Of a stretch of DNA of 44,008 nt, positions 1-8,718 are shown one piece after another. The first letter of the stretch is position 1, and each line of letters begins with the position of its first letter. Below the pieces are notes generated by a model that searched no databases, was not told the DNA's origin, and saw only the letters and a list, made by a program, of their open reading frames with translations. Made by a program: the position numbers and the translations under genes. Source of the DNA: Bdellovibrionota bacterium (GTDB taxonomy: Bacteria > Bdellovibrionota > UBA1018 > UBA923); the NCBI GenBank assembly GCA_040754655.1, contig JBFMCE010000021.1, positions 1-44,008 on the forward strand, read 5' to 3'.

Positions 1-813
1 AAGAGCCGTTGCGCGATCGATAAGAAAAGTTGCTGTCGTTGGAGTATGGCAGGCCAAAGAACTGCAAGCTTCAGGCACGCTGAGGTTTCGGCTGAGATGG
101 CGAAGATGAAGTTTGCTGGGTTGGAGCTGAGTTTGAAAGCCGAGCCTAGAGAGGTCGAGGTCATTCAAACGCGTCGTGAGCTGACTCAAGAAGAAATCGA
201 AAAGAAGGTCATCGAGGGGGTTTCAGCGAAATTAGGCGAGAATGCCAAGAACATTTCGGTCGAAACGCTAAGGGCGATCAATCCCGTCTTCATCGCGCTT
301 GATGACGAAAAGAGCTGGGATGTCTTGTTGCCCGAGAACATTACGCATCAAATTTCCATAAAAATCGTTTCTACCCACGCAAAGACTGAAGTTCTTGGAT
401 GGGTACAAGCCATGATGCGCGTGAACTCCGAGGTTTACGTCGCAAAAAATACAGTCAGACCCACCGAGCTCATCAACGCGGCGCAATTCGAGCTTAAAAA
501 AGTGAATGTATTGACGCTTCCGACGAACCAAGCCGTTCTGGCGAAACAACCTTTTCCAAGCGGCATTCGCGCGCAACAAACAATCCTCGCGGGCAGCCCA
601 TTGCTCTCGACGGCGGTTGAACGCATTCCTCTCGTCAGGTTGGGCGATGCCGTGACCTTGATCTTGAGATCTGATGCGCTTCAAATCTCGACCAAGGGGA
701 TCGTTCAGGGGCCCGCTGGCATTGGTGACATGGTGACGGTTCAGCTGCCCCGCTACGGCAGGACGTTTCGCGGGCGCCTGATCGAAGGAAAACTCGTCGA
801 GGTGTGGCTGTGA
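1..813 (+). CDS. flgA: Flagellar basal-body P-ring formation chaperone FlgA (5' end probably outside the window)
   Basis: Frame is open from base 1 (KSRCAIDKKSCCRWSMAG...). C-terminal FlgA/SAF-like signature 'PLVRLGDAVTLILRSDALQISTKG..QGPAGIGDMVTV'. Lies directly upstream of flgH/flgI. Confidence 0.85.
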   Translation, partial: KSRCAIDKKSCCRWSMAGQRTASFRHAEVSAEMAKMKFAGLELSLKAEPREVEVIQTRRELTQEEIEKKVIEGVSAKLGENAKNISVETLRAINPVFIALDDEKSWDVLLPENITHQISIKIVSTHAKTEVLGWVQAMMRVNSEVYVAKNTVRPTELINAAQFELKKVNVLTLPTNQAVLAKQPFPSGIRAQQTILAGSPLLSTAVERIPLVRLGDAVTLILRSDALQISTKGIVQGPAGIGDMVTVQLPRYGRTFRGRLIEGKLVEVWL

Positions 814-1577
814 AAAACATCTACCTGGGTTTTCTCATCCCGGTTTTGATCACGATCGCCCTTCCGGGGTGCGGCTGGATCCGCAGCCTTCGCAGAGATC
901 TTGAAGACGACGAGATCAACGCGGAAACCAGCCTCTCTGATTTCGATTACTACAAAGATCCCGCGAATCGTTTCGTTCCGCCGCCTCCGGCGACCGTTCA
1001 AGACGCGAGGGCCGCGACGTTGTCGGGCTCGCCTGTTGATTTGAGCGGCACTCGCGCGAAGAAGCTTCGCACGACAGCGGCTGATTTCTTCAACGAAGCG
1101 AAACAAAATGAAAACAGCCTCTGGGCGGAGGAGGGCCAAAACAATTACTTCTTCGCCAGGAACAAGCTCAAGATGCCGGGCGATCTCGTGACGGTAGTGA
1201 TCGAAGATCAACTTCGCGGAGACATGGTGAACTCGGTGCGAAAAACGCTTCCATCAGACTACCAAGACAAAGACATCATTGTGCCAGGCCTGACCAAAGA
1301 GACTTCCGATGAGAGTGCGCGGGCTCCGGCAGGCCAGCCGGCAGCGCCTGCGACCTCAACCGATGATGGTTTGGGTCCGAGCGATGTGCTCACGGCTGAA
1401 GTGCTCGAGCGGTACCCCAACGGCAACCTTCGCATCAGGGGCGTGAAGCGAGTGCCGTTCAGGAGGCAGGTTCGAAACATCGAAGTGCTTGCGATCGTAA
1501 AGGGAACGGATATCGGGGAAGACGATCGGGTAAAATCATCGCGTTTCTTTGAGCAACGAGTGGAGCTCTATAAATGA
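810..1577 (+). CDS. flgH: Flagellar L-ring lipoprotein FlgH (divergent)
   Basis: GTG at 810 overlaps the flgA stop (GTGA). Lipobox 'LPGC'. FlgH motifs 'SLW', 'PGDLVTVVIE', 'AEVLERYPNGNLRIRGVK'. Confidence 0.85.
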   Translation: MKNIYLGFLIPVLITIALPGCGWIRSLRRDLEDDEINAETSLSDFDYYKDPANRFVPPPPATVQDARAATLSGSPVDLSGTRAKKLRTTAADFFNEAKQNENSLWAEEGQNNYFFARNKLKMPGDLVTVVIEDQLRGDMVNSVRKTLPSDYQDKDIIVPGLTKETSDESARAPAGQPAAPATSTDDGLGPSDVLTAEVLERYPNGNLRIRGVKRVPFRRQVRNIEVLAIVKGTDIGEDDRVKSSRFFEQRVELYK

Positions 1578-2611
1578 AAAAGATCTTACGCCATTTGATG
1601 GTGGTCTTTGTTCTGGTGATGGCGGCTCTGTTGTTGGTTGATCGAAGTTACGGAGCACGCATCAAAGACATCGCGAGCATCAAAGGCGTTCGCGACAACA
1701 TCCTCATCGGATATGGCTTGGTCGTGGGACTGAAAGGCACGGGTGACTCAGGAACCGACATTACCTCGAAGTCGATGGTGCGGCTCTTCGAAAAGATGGG
1801 CATTCAAAGCGGGGCCTCTGATTTCAAATCAAAAAACGTCGCTGCGGTGATCGTAACCGCTAAGTTGCCGCCGTTTGCCAGAGCCGGTACCAGAATGGAC
1901 GTCACCGTCTCGAGCATCGGCGACGCGAGCAGCCTCGAAGGCGGAATGCTTCTAGTGACCCCTTTACGAGCTGGCGATCAAAACGTTTACGCCGTGGCGC
2001 AGGGCTCGGTTTCTCTTGGAGGCTTGACCGAAGGCGGCGGTGGAGGAGGGGGTGGCAAAGTCAGTTTTCCGACGACGGCACGCGTGCCCAACGGCGCTCT
2101 CATAGAGAAAGAAGTAGACGGGAATTTCAGCCAGAAAAAAACTTTTGTGCTCGCGATCAGCAATCCCGATTTCACGACTGCCGCCCGTCTCTCAAAGGTG
2201 ATCAACACCGAGCTCGGCGGCAAGTACGCCGTGGCGCGTGATCCAGGCACGATCGATGTGATCGTACCGTTCAATTACGAAGGCACGGGTGTTGAGCTTG
2301 TCGCGACGATTGAGAATCTCGAAGTCAATCCAGATAGCAAGTCGCGAGTCGTGCTGAATGAACGCACGGGAACTGTCGTGATCGGCGAGAACGTTCGCAT
2401 CGAGAACGTGGCGATCTCGCACGGCGATCTGCAGATCGAGGTAAGCGGTCCTAAAGGGCCGAAAGAAAAAATGGGGATCATTGGCGGGTCTAGCATCAAA
2501 GATATCGTCAAAGCACTCAATTCACTGGGCGTGTCACCAAAAGATTTAACAGCGATATTTCAGGCTCTGCGGGCTTCAGGGGCTCTGCAGGCCGATTTGG
2601 AGGTTTTGTAA
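1574..2611 (+). CDS. flgI: Flagellar P-ring protein FlgI
   Basis: Signal peptide followed by 'RIKDIASIKGVRDNILIGYGLVVGLKGTGD', 'KNVAAVIVTAKLPPF' and 'ALNSLGVSPKDLTAIFQALRASGALQADL'. ATGA overlap with flgH. Confidence 0.96.
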   Translation: MKKILRHLMVVFVLVMAALLLVDRSYGARIKDIASIKGVRDNILIGYGLVVGLKGTGDSGTDITSKSMVRLFEKMGIQSGASDFKSKNVAAVIVTAKLPPFARAGTRMDVTVSSIGDASSLEGGMLLVTPLRAGDQNVYAVAQGSVSLGGLTEGGGGGGGGKVSFPTTARVPNGALIEKEVDGNFSQKKTFVLAISNPDFTTAARLSKVINTELGGKYAVARDPGTIDVIVPFNYEGTGVELVATIENLEVNPDSKSRVVLNERTGTVVIGENVRIENVAISHGDLQIEVSGPKGPKEKMGIIGGSSIKDIVKALNSLGVSPKDLTAIFQALRASGALQADLEVL

Positions 2612-2761
2612 GTTGGATCACTACTCACGACTTCGATCATGGATGATCGGCGCAAACACAGGAAACAGACAGGGGCACGAGCCTGCTAGGATGGTGGGAA
2701 AAAACCTTTGTTCTGAAGGGCGCGAGCTCGGCATGGAAGCTGGCAAGGTGAGAGTGAACCA

Positions 2762-2792
2762 GAGGAGAGACCAAGGATTTAGGTCTCTCCTC
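2762..2792. repeat. 11-bp perfect inverted repeat (hairpin)
   Basis: GAGGAGAGACC (2762-2772), 9-nt loop, GGTCTCTCCTC (2782-2792). No U-tract on the + strand. Confidence 0.8.
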
Positions 2793-2796
2793 CCCA

Positions 2797-2924
2797 TTCA
2801 CACTGTTTATAAGGCATCATCTACGTCGTCGCACTTCTCAGTCGCTCCCGCGGCGTACTTTTATGTACGCCTTGGTCGGACTTTGTCGTGCTCCTCGTAT
2901 CTGATACTCTCTAAGCAGTGTGAA
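2797..2924. mobile_element. 128-bp nested-palindromic MITE/REP-like element
   Basis: Terminal arms TTCACACTGTTTA / TAAGCAGTGTGAA (one G-T mismatch), inner complementary blocks ATCA/TGAT, TACG/CGTA, GCAC/GTGC, and central stem GGCGTAC...GTACGCC. Mobility is inferred. Confidence 0.6.
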
Positions 2925-2978
2925 ATTCGAAGTAAACCAAAAGCTTCGTCGCTTTTTTCGTTCCTCCCGCGACCTTTT

Positions 2979-3359
2979 GTGGTCGCTTTAGTGGCAGCTC
3001 TCATGTTCATTCAAGTCGCCGGGGCGACCGAGACAGCGAGTCAGGCAAATTCTGCCGGAGCCAAAGTGGCTTTGAGCCCGAATCTCATGCTGCAGCAGAA
3101 ACGCCATTTCCCCCGGCAGCCATCTCGTCCCCCCACTCAAGAGGAATTGGCGGCAGCCAGGGGCCTTGAGGGCTTGCTCGTAGACCACCTTATACAAGAG
3201 ATGCGCAAGTCGGTTCCCGAGAATGAGTTCATGCCCGCAAGCCACGGGGAAAAGGTTTTCAGGCAGATGCTCGATTCGGAATACGCCAGGCTGATGAGCG
3301 AAGCAGGAGTGTTAGGAATTGCCGACCTGATCGTTGCAGAGATGCAGGGTAAGCGGTAA
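2979..3359 (+). CDS. flgJ: FlgJ-like rod-binding protein (single domain, no muramidase); start uncertain (GTG 2979, ATG 3003 or ATG 3087)
   Basis: 'AARGLEGLLVDHLIQEMRKSVP...GEKVFRQMLDSEYARLMS..G.LGIADLI' matches the FlgJ N-terminal rod-binding domain. Lies between flgI and flgM. The 2613 start in the ORF track runs through non-coding repeats. Confidence 0.8.
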   Translation: MVALVAALMFIQVAGATETASQANSAGAKVALSPNLMLQQKRHFPRQPSRPPTQEELAAARGLEGLLVDHLIQEMRKSVPENEFMPASHGEKVFRQMLDSEYARLMSEAGVLGIADLIVAEMQGKR

Positions 3360-3404
3360 ACTTTTTTTAGTAGATGTAGTAGAAATCGACATGGAGGTCG
3401 ACCA

Positions 3405-3734
3405 ATGAAAGTTCCAGGTACACCAACAGGATCGCCAGAGAGAGCAAGGAATATCTCAAACGCGGGCAATACGGGCGCCGTAGCTCCATCAAAAGAGAGA
3501 AAACAAGGCGGTACTCCTGTAGCTGACGTCGACTCAAAATATGCTGATAAAGTAGCGATTTCGGGCCGCGCGAAAGATGCTGCGCGCGCCAAAGAAGTCG
3601 CATCGTCAGCGCCTGATGTGGATGAAGCCAAGGTCGCGCGCTTGAAGGCGGCGATCGAAGGAAAATCTTATAATATCGATGCAGACAAAATCGCAGATCG
3701 ACTTGTAGATGAGCATCTCTTCGGCGGACGATAG
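3405..3734 (+). CDS. flgM: Anti-sigma28 factor FlgM
   Basis: 'DKVAIS...PDVDEAKVARLKAAIEGKSYNIDADKIADRLV' FlgM C-terminal motif. GGAGG SD upstream. Confidence 0.93.
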   Translation: MKVPGTPTGSPERARNISNAGNTGAVAPSKERKQGGTPVADVDSKYADKVAISGRAKDAARAKEVASSAPDVDEAKVARLKAAIEGKSYNIDADKIADRLVDEHLFGGR

Positions 3735-3777
3735 AGATCTGATCTAGAGCCATCTCGTCAAGGAGGATGAGGGGCAA

Positions 3778-4305
3778 ATGGAAGTTTCAAGAAGCGTAGC
3801 AGGAAGCTTGCAAGAATTGCATCGGGTCTTAGAGAAACTCGTGGCGTTGCACCGTAATTTGGTCGATCTGCTTCGCGAAGAGTTTTCCCATATGGCGTCG
3901 GTCGATGTGAAGGGTTTGATCGAGGCGTCGCACGCCAAAGAAGCCATCTTGAACGAGATCTGGAATCAAGAACAGCTGCGCATCCAGGCCGCGATCGAGC
4001 TGGCGAGCCAATGCCAACTTGACCCGAATACACTTACTTTGAAAAGCATTGCAGGATACTTGCCGGCCGGCGAGGCTGAGAAACTTCACAACGCGGGCAC
4101 GGCATTGACCCTGCTCGTGACTCAAGCGAAAGAACTGAACTCAAAGAACATGGAATTTGCAGAGTCTTCTCTCTCAAGGATTGAAGAGATGAAGCGCAAT
4201 GTGTTGGGCCTGAACAACAATAGCATCAAAGAAAACTACTCAAACAGCGGAATACGACAGCCCATGCCGGAACAGGGGGGCAGGCTTCTGAAAACCGAAG
4301 CCTAA
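3778..4305 (+). CDS. flgN: Flagellar export chaperone FlgN
   Basis: Helical 175-aa protein between flgM and flgK, with '...ELNSKNMEF...' and a C-terminal 'YSNSG' Tyr motif. Confidence 0.82.
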   Translation: MEVSRSVAGSLQELHRVLEKLVALHRNLVDLLREEFSHMASVDVKGLIEASHAKEAILNEIWNQEQLRIQAAIELASQCQLDPNTLTLKSIAGYLPAGEAEKLHNAGTALTLLVTQAKELNSKNMEFAESSLSRIEEMKRNVLGLNNNSIKENYSNSGIRQPMPEQGGRLLKTEA

Positions 4306-4311
4306 AACACC

Positions 4312-5730
4312 ATGAGTTCGGTAAATATCTTCAACACCGGAAAATCAGGGCTGTTCGCGAGCCGAAGCGCGTTGGCGACGACGGGCCATAATATCTCGAA
4401 CGTGAACACTGAAGGGTATTCTCGTCAGCGCGTCGAACAAGTCTCTGCGCCCCCGGCCCAGATCGGCAACACCGTTTACGGAACCGGCACCTGGGTGAAG
4501 AATGTTCATCGCATCAACGACGAGTATCTCACCCGCCAAATCGGCAACGAGATGAAACTCATGGGCCAGTACGAAGAAACCGACATCGCGCTCTCTCAAG
4601 CGGAAGCCGTTTTCAACGAAATCGGGAACGCCGGGATGAACCGCTTGATTGCTAAGTTCTTCAACGAGTTCCGAAAACTGGGAAACGAACCCGAGAGCGA
4701 AGCGTTGCGCGCGACGGTCAGGGAATCGTCCGAGCAACTCATCGGCGACTTCAAGAGGATCTCCCGAAACATCCGGGAAATCCAAAAGAACATCGACACT
4801 CGCATTGACGCGAATGTTCGCCAAGCCAACGAGTTGGTGCAAAGAATCGCGAAGATCAATGAGGAAATCAAACGTTACGAGGTCAAGGGCGGCCAAGCGG
4901 CCGATCTCAGGGATGCCCGGGACGTCGCCGTGAAGAAGCTTTCAAACATCATCGATGTCGGCGTAGCCACCAACGAAAAAGGCGAGTTCACCATTTCTGT
5001 CGCCGGAATCGGGCCTTTGGTGAGTGGATCGTTGTTCAATAAGATTTACACCCAGTCCGCAAAGGCCAATGACGAGACGGGACAGCCCGAGAATTCGTTG
5101 AACATTTACCTTGAAAACCTCGTGTCACCCAACATCACGCATAAATTGAAGACGGGAAAGCTTGGAGGCTTGGTCGACACCCGCGACAAGCTGCTTGGCG
5201 GAGCGATGAAACGCATCGACGAGTTGGCCTTCACGTTCGCTTCAAAAATAAACCAAATCCATAGAGAGGGTTACAACATCTCTGGCGGCACAGGCGTCAA
5301 TTTCTTCAAAGAACCTGAAAAAATAAATCAAGCGGCTGAACTGATCCAATTGAGCGATCAGGTGAGGAAAGACGCCAACAACATCGCGACCGCGCTCGCC
5401 CCGGATTCGCCGGGCGACAACCGCCTGGTGCAATTCATCGCCAAGCTTCAGCACGCCAAAGTGGTGGGAAACGGATCCAGCACGCTTGACGATTATTACA
5501 ATGCGACCGTCGCGGATCTGGCGACCGTCACCCAGAAGAACAAGCAGGTGCTCGAACATCAGGGATACATCATCGGGCAGCTTGAGAAATTCAGGGAAAG
5601 CGTCTCGGGCGTAAGCCTTGACGAAGAGACTACCAACCTTGTGCAGTTTCAACACGCATTCGATGCATCGGCGAAAGTCATCAAGGTCGCCGATGAAATG
5701 CTTGATACGGTGTTGAGCATTCGTAGGTAG
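4312..5730 (+). CDS. flgK: Flagellar hook-associated protein FlgK
   Basis: 'TTGHNISNVNTEGYSRQRV' N-terminus and 'SVSGVSLDEETTNLVQFQHAFDASAKVI' C-terminus. Confidence 0.96.
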   Translation: MSSVNIFNTGKSGLFASRSALATTGHNISNVNTEGYSRQRVEQVSAPPAQIGNTVYGTGTWVKNVHRINDEYLTRQIGNEMKLMGQYEETDIALSQAEAVFNEIGNAGMNRLIAKFFNEFRKLGNEPESEALRATVRESSEQLIGDFKRISRNIREIQKNIDTRIDANVRQANELVQRIAKINEEIKRYEVKGGQAADLRDARDVAVKKLSNIIDVGVATNEKGEFTISVAGIGPLVSGSLFNKIYTQSAKANDETGQPENSLNIYLENLVSPNITHKLKTGKLGGLVDTRDKLLGGAMKRIDELAFTFASKINQIHREGYNISGGTGVNFFKEPEKINQAAELIQLSDQVRKDANNIATALAPDSPGDNRLVQFIAKLQHAKVVGNGSSTLDDYYNATVADLATVTQKNKQVLEHQGYIIGQLEKFRESVSGVSLDEETTNLVQFQHAFDASAKVIKVADEMLDTVLSIRR

Positions 5731-5743
5731 AAAAGGATGAACC

Positions 5744-6748
5744 ATGCGGGTTAGCGATAATACATCAGTAGGTTCGGTTCGCGACGCGGTAGGGCGCACC
5801 CGCTCGCGCATGGAAAGGCTTCAGATACAAAACGCGACGCAAAAGAAGCTGCTGGCTCCGAGCGATGACCCCGCGGCGAACGCGAAGATCATGGACATCC
5901 GAACGCAATCCACGATCAACTCGCAATTTGAAGCCAACGCGAATATCGCGAAAAACAGGCTGGCCATGACTGATACCGCGCTCACCGAGCTCAATGACCT
6001 CTTCGTGCGGGCTAAGGAAATCGCCATTGGCCAATCTAGTGACGCGAGCGCATCGGCGGATTCACGCCTTGGCGTGGCCCAAGAGGTTTCAGCGCTCTAT
6101 CAGCAATTGGTTTCAATCGCGAACAGGCGCGTAGGGCAACACTATTTGTTTGGTGGCTTCAAGACCTTAACGCCGGCATACACCCCGGACGGGCAATATT
6201 TGGGTGATAAAGGTGAAATTCCGGTTGAGATTCAAAAAGACGTCTTTATCGCGATGAACTTACCGGGCACTGAAGTTTTCGAGGTGAAGCGTTATAAACC
6301 TGAAGACCGTGCGCGAATGCCCGCAGCGGTTGATAAGACCGACTTGTCTGTTTCGTCGGATCAAAACAAAAACCTTCCTCCTATTGAACAACAATCCGCT
6401 CAGGCCGCAGAGACTATTAGCGTCTTCCGTGAGTTAGACGCCCTGCGAGTTGGACTTCTAACAAACGATACCGTCACAATTCGCGATACGATGGAGCGGC
6501 TCGATACGATTATTACGAACGTCATTAACCTTCGAGCAAAAGTGAGTTCAAGGGTTTCAGGCATTGATGCTGCATTAGGAGCAACCCAAAAGACAGATCT
6601 TCAGAATGCAGAATTGGCCACGCAGCTAGAAGACGCCGATTATACGGAATTATGGTCAAACCTTGCGAAAGAAGAGACAGTTTTACGTTCGTCTTTGCAG
6701 GCTGCGCAAAAACTTATCCAACCGACATTGTTGGAATTTTTGAGGTAG
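5744..6748 (+). CDS. flgL: Flagellar hook-associated protein FlgL
   Basis: 'PSDDPAA', 'YLFGGFKT..P', 'LEDADY', C-terminal 'PTLLEFLR'. Follows flgK. Confidence 0.94.
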   Translation: MRVSDNTSVGSVRDAVGRTRSRMERLQIQNATQKKLLAPSDDPAANAKIMDIRTQSTINSQFEANANIAKNRLAMTDTALTELNDLFVRAKEIAIGQSSDASASADSRLGVAQEVSALYQQLVSIANRRVGQHYLFGGFKTLTPAYTPDGQYLGDKGEIPVEIQKDVFIAMNLPGTEVFEVKRYKPEDRARMPAAVDKTDLSVSSDQNKNLPPIEQQSAQAAETISVFRELDALRVGLLTNDTVTIRDTMERLDTIITNVINLRAKVSSRVSGIDAALGATQKTDLQNAELATQLEDADYTELWSNLAKEETVLRSSLQAAQKLIQPTLLEFLR

Positions 6749-6844
6749 CGGAAAATAATGGGGTTGCGTAACAGTATATCCAACGATAAGTAGATCTCCC
6801 GGTAACGGAATACTTTTAGGAGTAGCGGCCATTAGGGAGATGGA
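6748..6844 (+). promoter_or_regulatory. GGA-rich csrA leader (putative CsrA binding sites)
   Basis: GCGGA 6748, ACGGA 6805, TAGGA 6817, AGGGA 6834 and ATGGA 6840, all upstream of the csrA ATG at 6857. Confidence 0.45.
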
Positions 6845-6856
6845 GAGTATTAAGTC

Positions 6857-7084
6857 ATGTTAGTATTAACACGGAAGCTTGGAGAAAGCATTGCAATCGA
6901 CGATCATATCAAGATTGTGGTGGTTCAAATTAAGGGAAAACAGGTGCGGCTAGGAATTAAGGCGCCTAAGGAAACAAAGATTCATCGAGAAGAAGTCTAT
7001 ATGGCGATTCAGGAGCAAAACAAAGAAGCAGTGGCTACTTCCCCTGCTTCGTTACAGGATGTTTCCAAAGCCATTAAGGGTTGA
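6857..7084 (+). CDS. csrA: Carbon storage regulator CsrA
   Basis: 'MLVLTRKLGESIAIDDHIKIVVVQIKGKQVRLGIKAPKETKIHREEVY' plus the C-terminal helical extension typical of FliW-partnered CsrA. Confidence 0.98.
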   Translation: MLVLTRKLGESIAIDDHIKIVVVQIKGKQVRLGIKAPKETKIHREEVYMAIQEQNKEAVATSPASLQDVSKAIKG

Positions 7085-7125
7085 GATGACGAAGGTTGCT
7101 TTTGATGTGAGACAGGAGGTCGAAC

Positions 7126-7686
7126 ATGAAAATTAAAACGGTGCGTTTTGGAGAGCTCGAAGTGGGTGCTGATGAAATCATCACTTTTCCTGAGGGAATT
7201 CTGGGGTTTACAGAGTTGCATCGGTACTGCCTGGTTGATCCAGGTGACGACACGCTCATTCTCTGGATGCAATCGCTAGATGATGCCAATATCGCTTTTC
7301 CAGTGTTAGAGCCTAAGATTTTCAAGAGCGATTACGTCGTAAAGCTCTCTTATCAAGAACTCAAACAACTCAAGCTTGAAAACATCAATCAAAGCATTGT
7401 TTTCACCATCTTGACGATTCCCAAAGACGTGACGCAGATGACGGCGAACCTCAAGGCTCCTATTGTCGTAAATCTTCGTGAGCAACTGGGGCGGCAAGTA
7501 ATCTTGCAAGAGAATGAATACACTCTAAAACACCTCATGTTTAAGGAACTCAAGGCTCAGCTCGCTACTATTGAAACTACGAAGAAAGCGGGCCAGGCAG
7601 CTGAAGCTGACAGCAACCGGCGCGCGGCAAGTTTGCCCATCAATTTGCGCTCGATGGTTCCTAGTTCCCAGGTACGCTCTTTATAG
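7126..7686 (+). CDS. fliW: Flagellar assembly factor FliW (CsrA antagonist)
   Basis: 'IKTVRFGELEV..DEIITFPEGILGF', 'WMQS', 'MTANLKAPIVVN', 'GRQVIL'. Confidence 0.96.
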   Translation: MKIKTVRFGELEVGADEIITFPEGILGFTELHRYCLVDPGDDTLILWMQSLDDANIAFPVLEPKIFKSDYVVKLSYQELKQLKLENINQSIVFTILTIPKDVTQMTANLKAPIVVNLREQLGRQVILQENEYTLKHLMFKELKAQLATIETTKKAGQAAEADSNRRAASLPINLRSMVPSSQVRSL

Positions 7687-7734
7687 TTGAGTCAGGACTG
7701 GCGTTAAGACTTGCCATCCAATAAAATCAATCTA

Positions 7735-8676
7735 ATGCTCAAGGTGAGAGCCTCATGGATGATGGCGTTGTCTTTGGCCGGAATGTGCTTCTCAGCAACT
7801 GAGAGCATGGGGGCCGCGAACGATCCTCTTTGCAGGTACTACCGTCAGTACTTCCCGAAACTTTACCGCATTGCCTGCGGTTCTAATCCCAAGAAATCAA
7901 AACCGGCAGGCGCGAGCTCGACCTTTACCGATTCGTTCAATCTCAACGCAGCCAACCTGCCCACGGAAGAATCTTCTTACGGGCTTGAGTCTCTAGGTAA
8001 CTATCTTAGGAGCGACACAGGCAACTGGTCTTCGAGTTTCGCTTTAATCAAAGGATTTAAACGCGTGGGCACGGGCGTTTCGACCAGCGGAAACAACACC
8101 TTCTATGGAAATGACATTTCCCAGCGCGGCATGCGCTCACCGACTTTGACGACGCTTTCGCCGGCTGAAGATCCGAAAGGAAAGTTCACGAATTTGAACA
8201 TAGGCACGTCGATCAAGGTGATCAATAAGAAACGTTTTTCGACCCACTTGGGCCTTTCCGGCAGGTACAACAATATCACCTCTACGGTCGGGGGAGGCGC
8301 TGGCCTTATCTTGAGTTGGAACTTCTTTTCAGTGGGCTTTGGAGCGACACAGGAGAAAGTCTCGAATTTTTATCCGCGGGCTTATTTCATTTCGTCGCTT
8401 GCGAGCGTGAAAGTGCTGCTTTTCGAGCTTGAGTACAACTTTCTTGAGAATGCGGGCGGCCCAAGGCTCGATCCCATTCACATCTTGACGCTCTCTACTT
8501 CATTAGGAAGGTTCTTGTTCGTCGCGGCAGCCAGAAAGCTTGATTACTTGCAATCAGGCAGCCTGATCCAAAAACACGCTTCGGTTCAAATCTTGCTCTC
8601 AAAGCACATCTCAGTGGGATACCTTTACAATTACATCCCTGGGGCGAATTCGCTCGCATTGCAGCTTTTCCTCTGA
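7735..8676 (+). CDS. Hypothetical exported protein, possible outer-membrane beta-barrel
   Basis: Signal-peptide-like N-terminus. The C-terminal two thirds has alternating hydrophobic, Gly/aromatic-rich strands. Start could be 7711, 7735 or 7744. Confidence 0.6.
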   Translation: MLKVRASWMMALSLAGMCFSATESMGAANDPLCRYYRQYFPKLYRIACGSNPKKSKPAGASSTFTDSFNLNAANLPTEESSYGLESLGNYLRSDTGNWSSSFALIKGFKRVGTGVSTSGNNTFYGNDISQRGMRSPTLTTLSPAEDPKGKFTNLNIGTSIKVINKKRFSTHLGLSGRYNNITSTVGGGAGLILSWNFFSVGFGATQEKVSNFYPRAYFISSLASVKVLLFELEYNFLENAGGPRLDPIHILTLSTSLGRFLFVAAARKLDYLQSGSLIQKHASVQILLSKHISVGYLYNYIPGANSLALQLFL

Positions 8677-8718
8677 TGGCAGGGAGACGCTGTTGATCGC
8701 TATTTCTCAAAACCAAGA

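Noticed and set aside
2033..2056. Poly-Gly run in FlgI as a repeat element
   Set aside because: Mixed codons within the normally Gly-rich FlgI loop.
2672..2687. Sigma54-like GGCACGAGCCTGC after flgI
   Set aside because: Spacing from the GG of GGCAC to GC is 9.
2613..2978. N-terminal 120 aa of the 248-aa ORF 2613..3359
   Set aside because: It runs through a hairpin and the palindromic element and is not protein-like. Only the 3' part matches FlgJ.
3355..3404. Sigma28 promoter before flgM (TAAA at the flgJ stop)
   Set aside because: No GCCGATAA-like -10 at the 15-nt spacing.
6763..6789. Sigma28 promoter before csrA (AACGATAA)
   Set aside because: The -10 is plausible but there is no TAAA -35 at the right distance.
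7699..7715. Sigma54-like TGGCGTTAAGACTTGC
   Set aside because: GG-to-GC spacing is 11, not the required 10.
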